A stretch of DNA of 44,683 bases from Alphaproteobacteria bacterium MarineAlpha3_Bin7 (GTDB taxonomy: Bacteria > Pseudomonadota > Alphaproteobacteria > Rhodospirillales > UBA2165): NCBI GenBank assembly GCA_002937995.1, contig PTLG01000002.1, positions 1-44,683 on the forward strand, read 5' to 3'. The first letter of the stretch is position 1. Each line of letters begins with the position of its first letter. The position numbers and the translations under genes are program-made. The notes under the pieces are model-generated. The model searched no databases, had not been told where the DNA came from, and saw only the letters and a program-made list of their open reading frames with translations. Shown here in pieces: positions 33,773-42,632 of this stretch.

Positions 33773-33801
33773 TTGACATAAGCGGAGTACAAGCCTATTT
33801 T
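33773..33801 (+). promoter_or_regulatory. Candidate sigma-70-type promoter for rpmJ
   Basis: TTGACA (33773-33778), a 17-nt spacer, then TATTTT (33796-33801), about 48 nt upstream of the rpmJ ATG. This is a pattern match only. Confidence 0.3.
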
Positions 33802-33848
33802 CCTCATTCGCTGGATATAGGCTAAATTTTTGATAGAGATTAGAAGTT

Positions 33849-33974
33849 ATGAAAGTTCGAAACTCTTTAAAGTCAGCTAAACAACGAGACAAGTCCTGCA
33901 GTGTAGTAAGACGCAGAGGCAGGCTCTACGTTATTAGTAAGAAAAACCCCCGGTTTAAGGCCAGGCAGGGTTAA
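33849..33974 (+). CDS. rpmJ: 50S ribosomal protein L36 (zinc-free, stand-alone alphaproteobacterial type)
   Basis: Below the ORF track's length cutoff. Translation is [41 protein letters not shown] (41 aa), the canonical L36 type-B sequence. Confidence 0.9.
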   Translation: MKVRNSLKSAKQRDKSCSVVRRRGRLYVISKKNPRFKARQG

Positions 33975-34054
33975 TACTGCAAACCCTAAGCTAGCTTTCT
34001 CATAAAATTCAATATTGTAATTAATGCTTGCTGATGAATTATCTGGTTTTAATA

Positions 34055-35743
34055 CTAGGTATCCGCGTAGTGCTTACCTTTAGATAGTTTTCCGATGCCA
34101 GGGTTCAGACTATTAGTTGGGTCTATAGATTTATAAAAGTCTGCAAGATTTGGTTTCGCTGCGTATAGGTGACCTACATTATGTTCAGCTGGATATTCGG
34201 CTCCCCTTTTATCAAGAATTTCCAACATTTCTGTCTTTATGGTTTCTATATCTGCGCCTCTTTTTACTACGTAGTCGTGATGCATTACATGGCAAAAAAA
34301 GTGTCCGTAATAAAGTTTGTGTATGAGTTTTTCATCGATCTCTGCTGGCAAGACTTCAAACCAATCACGGTCATTTCGCCTAAGTGCAAAATCCAGCGCC
34401 AATATATCTTCAACATCTTTGCTATAAAGTTTCTGGTAACGAATTGCTGCGCCGGCGGCGGCAAAACGATTAAGCTCAGCTATTTTTCCTTCGTTTTCTG
34501 AACATGGGAAATAGTCTCCAGTTTTATCAGAAAAAAAATGGTCCAGAAATTTATTTGCTTCATCAATACCTTCATCGTGCATTTTTAATATCAGATGATG
34601 TTCATACTTGTTTTGATACTCTCTTAATTGATTAGGTAAAATATTGGGCCAAAGCTTAGCTAGCTGCTGGAGTAGCTTATCCGTCATATTAGAGAATAAT
34701 TTTATTTTATTTACGCGAGTGTCTATAGCGTTCTTTAGAGCAAAAAATGTTGGTAAACGTTGCGTACCAAACATATTGATCATCAAAACGGTATCCTTTC
34801 CATACTTTTCGGTGATATCAATTATATCACGATGCATATACTCCCCACTTACGGGTAAAGTGTTAAATTCCGAGAGAATTGTACGGCGTATTTCTGTCAA
34901 ATCTTCCAAGTGGTTAGTACCTATATAAAATACTTTTTCAGACTCATTTTTGGGATAGGTGTCTAGGCGTGCCGCAAAAACAACTAGCTTTCCCGCGCAA
35001 CCAGAAGCTTCGTGTAGGCATCGTTGGTCGGCATTATATCTTGCTGGGGTATCTGCATCTACATCCCGAACAATCTTGGAGTATTCGTTATCCGATGCTT
35101 TTTTGTCCGTCTGTTGCTGGTTAACCGAGGAAAGGTCAAGGGTGTCGAGGCTTTTTAATATTGTTTCCGGATCAGACCCGAGTTCTAATCCAATATTATT
35201 GACCAATTGTAATTCGCCATTTTCTGTGATTTGAGCAAAGACGGAAAGTTCTGTGTAAGAGGGTCCACGCTCTACCAGAGAACCTCCTGAGTTGTTGCAA
35301 ACACCACCAATTACGGAGGCTCCGATACAAGATGAACCGAGGACCGAATGAGGTTGTCGTCCGTAAGGTCGCAATTGATTTTCTAGATCATAAAGTGTTG
35401 AACCTGGCATACATACGACTTGCTTACCATTATCTAAAAGATGAATTGTATCGATACGGAGAGTACTAATGATTACAGCCCCGCGATCATAACGGCCATT
35501 TGGAGTGGACCCTTCTGTAAGTCCCGTATTTGCGGCTTGCATAATAACGATTAAATCTGATGCGACACAAATTTTTAGTACTTGCCAAAGCTCTAGTAAC
35601 GTCCCGGGTTTTATGACGCAAATAGCCTCACCAAACCCCGACCGATAGCCCTTTCTAAACATCTCTGTATTTCTTTCTCCAGTAAGTACGTAACGTGTCC
35701 CGACTACCTTTTGAAACTGGACTACAGAAGCTTCATTCTCCAA
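34055..35743 (-). CDS. dld: Quinone-dependent D-lactate dehydrogenase (FAD)
   Basis: Near-collinear with E. coli Dld as recalled: MQAANTGLTEGSTPNG, HSVLGSSCIGASVIGGVCNNSGGSLV, DTPARYNAD, AGEYMHRDI, AEHNVGHLY, DPTNSLNPGIGK. The TTG start is preceded by GGGAG. Confidence 0.95.
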   Translation of the reverse strand: MENEASVVQFQKVVGTRYVLTGERNTEMFRKGYRSGFGEAICVIKPGTLLELWQVLKICVASDLIVIMQAANTGLTEGSTPNGRYDRGAVIISTLRIDTIHLLDNGKQVVCMPGSTLYDLENQLRPYGRQPHSVLGSSCIGASVIGGVCNNSGGSLVERGPSYTELSVFAQITENGELQLVNNIGLELGSDPETILKSLDTLDLSSVNQQQTDKKASDNEYSKIVRDVDADTPARYNADQRCLHEASGCAGKLVVFAARLDTYPKNESEKVFYIGTNHLEDLTEIRRTILSEFNTLPVSGEYMHRDIIDITEKYGKDTVLMINMFGTQRLPTFFALKNAIDTRVNKIKLFSNMTDKLLQQLAKLWPNILPNQLREYQNKYEHHLILKMHDEGIDEANKFLDHFFSDKTGDYFPCSENEGKIAELNRFAAAGAAIRYQKLYSKDVEDILALDFALRRNDRDWFEVLPAEIDEKLIHKLYYGHFFCHVMHHDYVVKRGADIETIKTEMLEILDKRGAEYPAEHNVGHLYAAKPNLADFYKSIDPTNSLNPGIGKLSKGKHYADT

Positions 35744-35843
35744 TGGTCTTTTCTCCCAAGTACCTAGCTGCAGTATCTATGAATGTGTTTTGAAATCAAC
35801 TAATGATATTGGAATAAGCAACAGTTGTTAGCAATAGATTTTT

Positions 35844-36971
35844 CTAAAATCCCATAAAACCAAAAACACCCGGTCCTTTGGCAACACCACTGGTTAAGCT
35901 AAGCATATTTTCAACAATTGCGTTGTTTCCGCTGGTTAACAAGTTCATGTTATTCAGCGTTAATTGAAGTTTCATATCTGCTGCGAGAGAAACAGCCCGG
36001 GATGCATCTAATTCTTCTTGTCTAATAGTGTCCTTTTCTTTTTCCAGAATTTTAATTCTTAAATCAATACCTTCCAAAGATGTTTCCAATCGCTTTGCTT
36101 TTGTAACTAATGGAGGCGTGTCTATATCTAATTTGGTTATCGCAGTTTCGAGGTCGGTTATGGCTCTTTGGACGAGGGTGTCGTCGGAAAAATTTTGATG
36201 ATACTCCGAAGTTAGTATATTTAATCCAGACCTTACCAAAGTACCGGATAATGGCTGAGAGCCAACTAAGGTTATCGAACCGCTATTAGGGTCATAACTA
36301 CTAACATTCAAATCGTCAGCAGATATGGAAAGTCCTGTTTTTGTAATTAAGTCATTTACGACTGTGTGTTGATAAAACTTGTTGTCAATTTTGTCTAGTT
36401 TCCAGGTAAACCCGCCTTCATCTATTATTTTGAAGTCAACACCCAAATCCATACCCTCAAACTGCAGAGCACCTCCGCCTGTTTCTCTCGTCGGTATAAG
36501 TAATTTATTATTTTCTGGCGAACTACCTTCAAAATTACCAACTAGATTAAAAGATCTGAAACCAAAATTCTGTGTGGCTCCATCTACTACCGTACTAATC
36601 TTTTTTATTAGGTCATCATAATCCTTTGATATTTGTTGTCTTGTTTCAGGTGAAGCTGATCCAATCATAGTTTGCAGTTTGCTTTTAGCGCTTAATAAGG
36701 TGTTCCTTATCTCGGTGACCGCGCCTTTAGCTTTGGTAACGGTAGCGACATTATTCGCTATTTTTTCTTTAAACCTAGTCAATCTCTCAATTTTTTGAGT
36801 GGCCCGGATAAAATCACCCCGGTCAAAGTCCACGGCGACTTCAGCTCTTTCTTCTTTTGCTCTCGCTACGAGTTGTTTGGTAATTAGAGCTATGGAGTCC
36901 ATACTATTAAATTGATTAGATGCGACGTTGCTCTCAATTAAGCCAGTGCTTGAGGATAATGGTGAAGTCAT
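35844..36971 (-). CDS. Hypothetical protein with flagellin-like domain organisation (helical N and C termini, variable centre)
   Basis: 375 aa. The N-terminal segment IRNTLLSAKSKLQTMIGSASPETRQQISKDYDDLIKKISTVVDGATQNFGFRSFNLVG follows the flagellin ND1 pattern. The C-terminal EELDASRAVSLAADMKLQLTLNNMNLLTSGNNAIVENMLSL follows the flagellin C-terminal helix pattern. The canonical N-terminal flagellin motif is absent. Confidence 0.4.
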   Translation of the reverse strand: MTSPLSSSTGLIESNVASNQFNSMDSIALITKQLVARAKEERAEVAVDFDRGDFIRATQKIERLTRFKEKIANNVATVTKAKGAVTEIRNTLLSAKSKLQTMIGSASPETRQQISKDYDDLIKKISTVVDGATQNFGFRSFNLVGNFEGSSPENNKLLIPTRETGGGALQFEGMDLGVDFKIIDEGGFTWKLDKIDNKFYQHTVVNDLITKTGLSISADDLNVSSYDPNSGSITLVGSQPLSGTLVRSGLNILTSEYHQNFSDDTLVQRAITDLETAITKLDIDTPPLVTKAKRLETSLEGIDLRIKILEKEKDTIRQEELDASRAVSLAADMKLQLTLNNMNLLTSGNNAIVENMLSLTSGVAKGPGVFGFMGF

Positions 36972-37099
36972 CTATTTAGTTCTTACAGTTAAAAATGTAC
37001 GATCTATGATATAATAATGAATTTTGTCGGACCTTTTATGATTGGGTAGTATTAAAGCATTATTTGCGTTAAGACATCGTTACCTTGGAGGAGAAAATA

Positions 37100-37804
37100 A
37101 TGGAAAGTAAAGTAGTGGCTTTGATTGTAGGTTCAGGATCAGGTCTTAGTGCATCACTAGCTCGTAAATTTTCTAGCAACGGACTAAGTGTCATGCTGGC
37201 AGCTCGGAACGTAGATAAATTAGAAGACTTAACATCTGAAACAGGGGCAACCACCTTCCAATGCGACACAGCCGATAGCGGACAGGTGCAAAAATTATTT
37301 GAGAATTGTACGTCTGCTTTAGGGCCTCCAAAAATTGTTGTGTTTAATGCTAGTGCGAGAGTACGTGGCCCTATTACAGATATTGACCCAGATGAAGCAC
37401 AAAATGCAATATTAACCACTGCTTATGGCGGTTTTTTGGTCGGGAGAGAGGCAGCTAAAGTTATGGTTGAAAAAGGCAGTGGTTCCATATTCTTCACAGG
37501 AGCGTCCGCAGGGGTAAAGGGGTTTCCAAATTCTTCGGTTTTTGCAGTTGGCAAATTTGGACTTAGGGGACTTGCCCAAAGTATGGCAAGAGAGCTACAC
37601 CCTAAAAATATTCATGTAATGCATATAGTAGTTGACGGTGGCATCAAAAATGTTGCCACAGGTAGAGTCGAAGGCGGCGAGGATCAGCCAGATAAATGGT
37701 TGGATCCCGATGCTATAGCTGACACTTATTGGCATTTGCATTCTCAACACCGTAGTTCGTGGTCTTGGGAAATAGAGGTTAGGCCTTGGGTGGAAAAATT
37801 CTAG
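37100..37804 (+). CDS. SDR-family NAD(P)-dependent oxidoreductase
   Basis: ALIVGSGSGLSASLARKF glycine-rich motif and a downstream SDR core (FTGASAG...). I chose ATG 37100, preceded by GGAGGAGAAAATA, over the TTG at 37085. Confidence 0.88.
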   Translation: MESKVVALIVGSGSGLSASLARKFSSNGLSVMLAARNVDKLEDLTSETGATTFQCDTADSGQVQKLFENCTSALGPPKIVVFNASARVRGPITDIDPDEAQNAILTTAYGGFLVGREAAKVMVEKGSGSIFFTGASAGVKGFPNSSVFAVGKFGLRGLAQSMARELHPKNIHVMHIVVDGGIKNVATGRVEGGEDQPDKWLDPDAIADTYWHLHSQHRSSWSWEIEVRPWVEKF

Positions 37805-37810
37805 GCCTAC

Positions 37811-38065
37811 TTACATACCGAGAGCTCTTTTGTACAGATCTAGCAGCGCCTCTTGCTGTTCTCTATCGGCTCCATCAAGTTTTCGTAAACTTATTAAGTG
37901 CCTTATGGTTTTTCCGTCAAAACCCATAGCTTTTGCCTCGGAGTATACTTCTCTTATATCTGCCATTAATACAGCTTTCTCTTCCTCCAGGTTTTCAATC
38001 CTGGTTACAAAGGATTGCAAAAGGTCACTTGAAATACCACCAACATCTGTCATTAATCTCTCCAA
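37811..38065 (-). CDS. gapR: DUF2312 / GapR-family nucleoid-associated DNA-binding protein
   Basis: 84 aa. LQSFVTRIENLEEEKAVLMADIREVYSEAKAMGFDGKTIRHLISLRK...EQQEALLDLYKRALG closely parallels Caulobacter GapR as recalled ([36 protein letters not shown]...). Confidence 0.85.
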   Translation of the reverse strand: MERLMTDVGGISSDLLQSFVTRIENLEEEKAVLMADIREVYSEAKAMGFDGKTIRHLISLRKLDGADREQQEALLDLYKRALGM

Positions 38066-38136
38066 TTTTAAAAAAGAAGCCGAGTTAAAAGCTAAGTATC
38101 AAAGTATATAAACTATAACACTATTGAAAACCAAAC

Positions 38137-39036
38137 ATGTTTTACAATAAAGACAGTCGTTATCATTTGAACAGGGCGTTAGTAGCGCTATTCCTCGGAG
38201 CAGCGGCAATAGGCTTTGCTCCTATTTTTGTGCGCCTTAGTGAACTGGGGCCCAGTGCAACCGCCTTCTATCGGATGCTATTCTCAATACCTGTAATATT
38301 ATTATTGGCCCAACTCTTACCTGTGGACAAAGAGAAAAAGAGCCCAAGGACAACACGGGATTTTCTATACCTATTTTTGGCGGGATTGTTTTTTTCAACT
38401 GATTTATTTTTTTGGCACTGGTCTATAAAATTAACTTCTGTAGCTAATGCTACTTTGCTAGCAAATACGGCTCCGATCTTTGTGTCACTGGCTGCGTTCT
38501 TCTTTTTTGGTGAACGTCAAAACAAGGTATTTTTTTTAGGCCTTATTTCAGCATTTATAGGATTGTTTTTTCTGTTGGGAGGAAATTTTGAAACTGCCAG
38601 GGATAAATTTCTAGGTGATTGTTTAGGCGTTTTAGCCGCTATATTTTATGCCGCTTACATGGTTACAATAAGCCGGTTAACTTATAAATTCTCAACTATA
38701 ACTATCATGGCATGGAGCAGTATTTTCTCTGCACTAGTGCTGATACCCGTTACAATATTTTCAAACGAGAGTTTTGTAGCTATCACAGCTAGTGGTTGGA
38801 TGATTTTGTTTGCCCTTGCTGCCTTTTCTCACGCTGGCGGGCAAAGCTTAATAGCCTATTCGTTTTCCTACCTATCTCCTACTTTTGCATCTCTTGGGTT
38901 GCTTTTTCAGCCAGTCATTGCGGCGCTACTCGCCTGGCTAATTTTTTCTGAAGCACTATCTCTTGAGCAGGCTGTTGGTGGAGCCACGGTGCTGTTAGGA
39001 ATCTATATTGCTCGAATAGGAAATAAGTCACTCTAG
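38137..39036 (+). CDS. DMT-superfamily (EamA-like) transporter
   Basis: 299 aa with ten hydrophobic helices. This is the third EamA-type paralog in the window. Confidence 0.85.
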   Translation: MFYNKDSRYHLNRALVALFLGAAAIGFAPIFVRLSELGPSATAFYRMLFSIPVILLLAQLLPVDKEKKSPRTTRDFLYLFLAGLFFSTDLFFWHWSIKLTSVANATLLANTAPIFVSLAAFFFFGERQNKVFFLGLISAFIGLFFLLGGNFETARDKFLGDCLGVLAAIFYAAYMVTISRLTYKFSTITIMAWSSIFSALVLIPVTIFSNESFVAITASGWMILFALAAFSHAGGQSLIAYSFSYLSPTFASLGLLFQPVIAALLAWLIFSEALSLEQAVGGATVLLGIYIARIGNKSL

Positions 39037-39087
39037 ACGCTTAAATCTAAATAAATCTGAGAACTTGACAAATGGTCGTCTTTTGCC

Positions 39088-40134
39088 ATGTTTGGCACTT
39101 TTACAGGAAATACCACCAATATGCATACCAATATCGATGTATTTGTTCATCAAGGCTCAAAAGGTTTTGAAGGCTGTGATTACTTTATAAATGAAGAGCC
39201 AGCCAAGGCAGACTTTTTATCAGAATTAAAAAAAGGTTTTTTAGAAACACCTAAAGTAATTTCACCAAAGTTTTTTTACGATGAATTGGGAATGCAGCTA
39301 TTCGGTAAGATAACCGAAACCCCCGAATACTATGTAACCAGGGTTGAATTGGAGTTACTGGAAAATTTGGGTAATGAACTATCGGAATTAGTCGGAAAAA
39401 ATAAAGTCGTCATAGAATATGGTTGCGGCTCCAGTCGTAAAATAGCCACATTGCTTCGAACACTAAATTCGCCATCAGAATATTTAGCTATCGATATTTC
39501 ACCCGATGCCCTGAAAGAGACAACTGGGACAATTGCATCCGCTTTTCCGAATGTAAGGGTGGGCGGCTTATGTGCCGATTTTTATTCTTCATCTTTCGTA
39601 CTGCCAAGGGAAGTAGGGGGAAGTAAAGACTCTCGATTGGTGTTTTTCCCAGGTTCAACGATTGGTAATCAGGAGCCTCGTGAAGCTCAGAAATTTCTGG
39701 AAAACATCCATAATGTTCTGGGTGTTGGAGGTAATTTACTAATAGGCGTTGATCTGAGGAAGAGTAAGGATTTACTCGAGGCGGCTTATAATGACCAGAT
39801 GGGTTACACTGCCGATTTTAATTTAAACCTTATTTCTAGAATGAAAAATGAGTTAGAAATAGATATTAGCCGAGATGCATTCAATCATTTAGCTTTTTAT
39901 AATGAAGAAAAAAGCAGGATAGAAATGCACCTAGTGGCATCTGTCGATCAGGAATTTGAAATTGACGGCACGAAGTTTACTATTTTAAAGGACGAAGCTA
40001 TTCATACAGAGAACTCCTACAAATACACTTCTGAGGATTTTGAGACTATTGCCGTTAACAGTGGATTTAAACTTGAGAAGTGTTGGAGTGATCCAGATGA
40101 TTTATTCAGCATTCAGTATTTAAAAGCGGTTTAG
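39088..40134 (+). CDS. egtD: EgtD-family SAM-dependent amino-acid N-alpha-methyltransferase (L-histidine N-alpha-methyltransferase-like)
   Basis: ISPKFFYDELGMQLFGKITETPEYYVTRVELELL, IEYGCGSSRKI, FFPGSTIGN, IGVDL.K...L.AAYND..G.TA.FNLN, RIEMHL and ENSYKY are collinear with mycobacterial EgtD as recalled. The start could instead be the ATG at 39121. Confidence 0.8.
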   Translation: MFGTFTGNTTNMHTNIDVFVHQGSKGFEGCDYFINEEPAKADFLSELKKGFLETPKVISPKFFYDELGMQLFGKITETPEYYVTRVELELLENLGNELSELVGKNKVVIEYGCGSSRKIATLLRTLNSPSEYLAIDISPDALKETTGTIASAFPNVRVGGLCADFYSSSFVLPREVGGSKDSRLVFFPGSTIGNQEPREAQKFLENIHNVLGVGGNLLIGVDLRKSKDLLEAAYNDQMGYTADFNLNLISRMKNELEIDISRDAFNHLAFYNEEKSRIEMHLVASVDQEFEIDGTKFTILKDEAIHTENSYKYTSEDFETIAVNSGFKLEKCWSDPDDLFSIQYLKAV

Positions 40135-40141
40135 TCTCCTT

Positions 40142-41338
40142 TTAGAAGGCCTTTTGCTTCATTAACTCAATCAATTGGTTTAGTCTGTTGATCTCTTGAT
40201 TTTGTATTTCAATTAATTTTTCCGATTTATTGACATATTCTGTTAAATTTTTTTCTGCTCCCGAAAAATCGGCTCGAAAGGCTCTGAGTTGTTCAGGCCA
40301 AGAAGCTTGAAATTCTTTTTCATAATCTATTACTTGTTCTTCAATAGTTTTAAGCTTGTCAGTTAAGAGATTATTATCTTCGGCCCCTATAAGGTAGGCC
40401 CTCAACATACGGAGCATATTCAGTTGAACTATGAATTGGGATGGGTGCCTTAAATCAGTATCCCACGACGCCATTCTGTCAGAGTAACTAACACTTTCGT
40501 AAACAGGGAGATAATCTACATTCTTGTGGCTTTTTGAAAACCCTTCTGCAGCGGTTCGTAAAACACTTTTGGAATAGCTATTTGCAACCAAGACATCACA
40601 ATTTCTAAATGTACTTGCGAGCGGGATAGGGGATACGGTTAGAATGAGGTTAAAATTGTTTGGGATAAACTCTGACAACAGTTTATATATTTCTGATAGA
40701 GTCGAAGACACCTCTTCGTGGTCTAATATTTGTATTTCGTATTTGGCTAATTCTTCATCGTTGCTAACATCCCCTGGCCAGTTTTCCAGGTAAATACCAG
40801 TGTCTTTATCAAATATACACTCTATTAATCCTAGTGTAATTATTACCACGTTACACTTTAAAATAGACCTATAGCTTTTCGTATAAGATTTATTTATTTG
40901 GTCAAGTGTCTGTTTTTTGCCAGGAACTTTGTGCCCCAAAGTCGGATCAAAAAATAGACCATCATTCATTTTTATATAGCAATTCTGCCTCGTATTTATT
41001 TTATCTGGTTCAAGTGCCCATTTTAAGGACTGTAGAATATTTTTTGGTGTGTAGTGAAAGTCCAAATTGTTTGTGCGAAACTCGGGCGGAATATCTTTCT
41101 TTATATCTTCTGGAAATACCTTTAGTCCCAAAGTTCTAAGTTCAACCGCAATTGAATTTGCAAAGCAGGATCCCAAAGTAAATATGTTATCTGTGGAAGT
41201 GATCTTAAACGCTGGATCGAAACGCGGCGAGCAAACGGGCTCCAGACGGTTGCGGGTAGCTCGAGTAGGCCAACGGAATTCCTTGTTTCTTTTTGCCAAT
41301 TGGCTTAATCGCTCCATTGGAATTCGCTCTATTGCCAC
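40142..41338 (-). CDS. GSCFA-domain protein with a C-terminal coiled-coil extension
   Basis: Contains the family-naming motif LGSCFANSIAVEL about 55 aa from the N-terminus. The C-terminal ~80 aa are heptad-like and charged (KLKTIEEQVIDYEKEF...IEIQNQEINRLNQLIELMKQ). Confidence 0.7.
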   Translation of the reverse strand: MAIERIPMERLSQLAKRNKEFRWPTRATRNRLEPVCSPRFDPAFKITSTDNIFTLGSCFANSIAVELRTLGLKVFPEDIKKDIPPEFRTNNLDFHYTPKNILQSLKWALEPDKINTRQNCYIKMNDGLFFDPTLGHKVPGKKQTLDQINKSYTKSYRSILKCNVVIITLGLIECIFDKDTGIYLENWPGDVSNDEELAKYEIQILDHEEVSSTLSEIYKLLSEFIPNNFNLILTVSPIPLASTFRNCDVLVANSYSKSVLRTAAEGFSKSHKNVDYLPVYESVSYSDRMASWDTDLRHPSQFIVQLNMLRMLRAYLIGAEDNNLLTDKLKTIEEQVIDYEKEFQASWPEQLRAFRADFSGAEKNLTEYVNKSEKLIEIQNQEINRLNQLIELMKQKAF

Positions 41339-41439
41339 ATCTTTCTCCTTTTAAACTCCCTAGTTTTTTCTCAATAATAGTTTGATTATAACTTATAGTT
41401 GGTTATTGCAGAAAATATTTTTCTATTTCGGGGTAGCAA

Positions 41440-42012
41440 GTGGAAGCAAAAAAACGCTGTTTTGGTAATGAACAATCAAAGTCTCTTCTCGCTGAATATC
41501 ACGACAACGAGTGGGGTGTGCCTGTTCATAACGATCGCGTTTTATTTGAAATGCTTATTCTTGAGGGAGCACAAGCTGGCTTAAATTGGGAAATGGTACT
41601 AAAAAAGCGTGAGGGGTATCGTAAGGCTTTTAGGGGTTTTTCCCCTCAACTTATTTTTAAAATGACTGATACAGAAATTGAAGCCTTACGTAAGGACAAA
41701 AATATCATTCGAAATCGACTCAAAATTTACTCAGCCCGAAAGAATGCCGGAGTATTTTTAGAGATTCAAAAGGAATTTGGATCATTTGATAAATATGTTT
41801 GGGATTTTGTGGGAGGCAAGCCAATCCTCAACAGCTGGAAAAAATTTGACGATGTTCCCGTCACCACATCACAAAGTGATGCCCTATCTAAAGATTTAAA
41901 AAACAGAGGTATGACTTTTGTCGGATCAACCATCATATATGCCTACATGCAGGCAGTAGGCATGGTCAACGATCATGTGGTAAGTTGCAGCTGTTACAAC
42001 AAAGGTCGTTAG
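41440..42012 (+). CDS. tag: DNA-3-methyladenine glycosylase I
   Basis: YHDNEWGVP, LFEMLILEGAQAGLNW, SDALSKDLKNRGMTFVGSTIIYAYMQAVGMVNDH and the C-terminal Cys pair of the zinc snap. GTG start. Confidence 0.95.
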   Translation: MEAKKRCFGNEQSKSLLAEYHDNEWGVPVHNDRVLFEMLILEGAQAGLNWEMVLKKREGYRKAFRGFSPQLIFKMTDTEIEALRKDKNIIRNRLKIYSARKNAGVFLEIQKEFGSFDKYVWDFVGGKPILNSWKKFDDVPVTTSQSDALSKDLKNRGMTFVGSTIIYAYMQAVGMVNDHVVSCSCYNKGR

Positions 42013-42051
42013 TATATTACACCCTAGGAAAAATAAAAAATTAGATTGGCG

Positions 42052-42366
42052 TTAGTTTTTGACGAAGGCTTCGGGATAATTCGTGAAAAAATCATCGGAG
42101 ATAATAGTCATTACACCGCTCTCTATTACCGCACCAGCTTCCCTTCTTATTTCAGTAAGAGCCTCATCTGCCCCAAATTGTTTTAATACATCCATACTAT
42201 CGAAGCGCATAACAGCATGCAGCTTGGTCGGGTCGTCTTTTTCCGTCCCAGCGAATAAAAAAGAAATGCCCATTTCTGTCAATTTATCCTCGATTGAATA
42301 AACCATCTCCTGCCAAGCATCGAAACCTTTGGTTATTGTTATTTTACTTTTAGTTATTATTGCCAT
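42052..42366 (-). CDS. Hypothetical 104-aa protein, possibly DUF3764-like (small alpha/beta protein)
   Basis: FDAWQEMVYSIEDKLTEMGISFLFAGTEKDDPTKLHAVMRF resembles, from memory, the DUF3764 pattern (F..W...F.S.E......G.....F.G....DP.K....). Low certainty. Confidence 0.35.
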   Translation of the reverse strand: MAIITKSKITITKGFDAWQEMVYSIEDKLTEMGISFLFAGTEKDDPTKLHAVMRFDSMDVLKQFGADEALTEIRREAGAVIESGVMTIISDDFFTNYPEAFVKN

Positions 42367-42424
42367 TAAAGTTCTCCTTGGGTTGGATTAATTACAAATT
42401 CGGAAATTCTTTTATCATTTTTAA

Positions 42425-42499
42425 ATGGTGCCGCCGGAAGGAATTGAACCTTCGGCCTCGCCCTTACCAAGGGCGCGCTCTACCCCTGAGCTACGGCGG
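42425..42499 (-). tRNA. tRNA-Thr (anticodon GGU), CCA encoded
   Basis: The reverse complement folds by hand into a cloverleaf: acceptor GCCGCCG/CGGCGGC, D stem GCTC/GAGC, anticodon stem CGCCC/GGGCG with loop TTGGTAA, T stem GAAGG/CCTTC with loop TTCAATT, and 3' ACCA. Confidence 0.95.
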
Positions 42500-42632
42500 C
42501 AAGTATCCTATTTTAGAGATCGGGAACATGCCATAAGAACTCAATATCTACAATACCACTGCTAATAAACATTTCCAATTGACTTGACCTACTTTACTCT
42601 CTAATTCACGGTTTCTAGCTAGGAGATTTATT

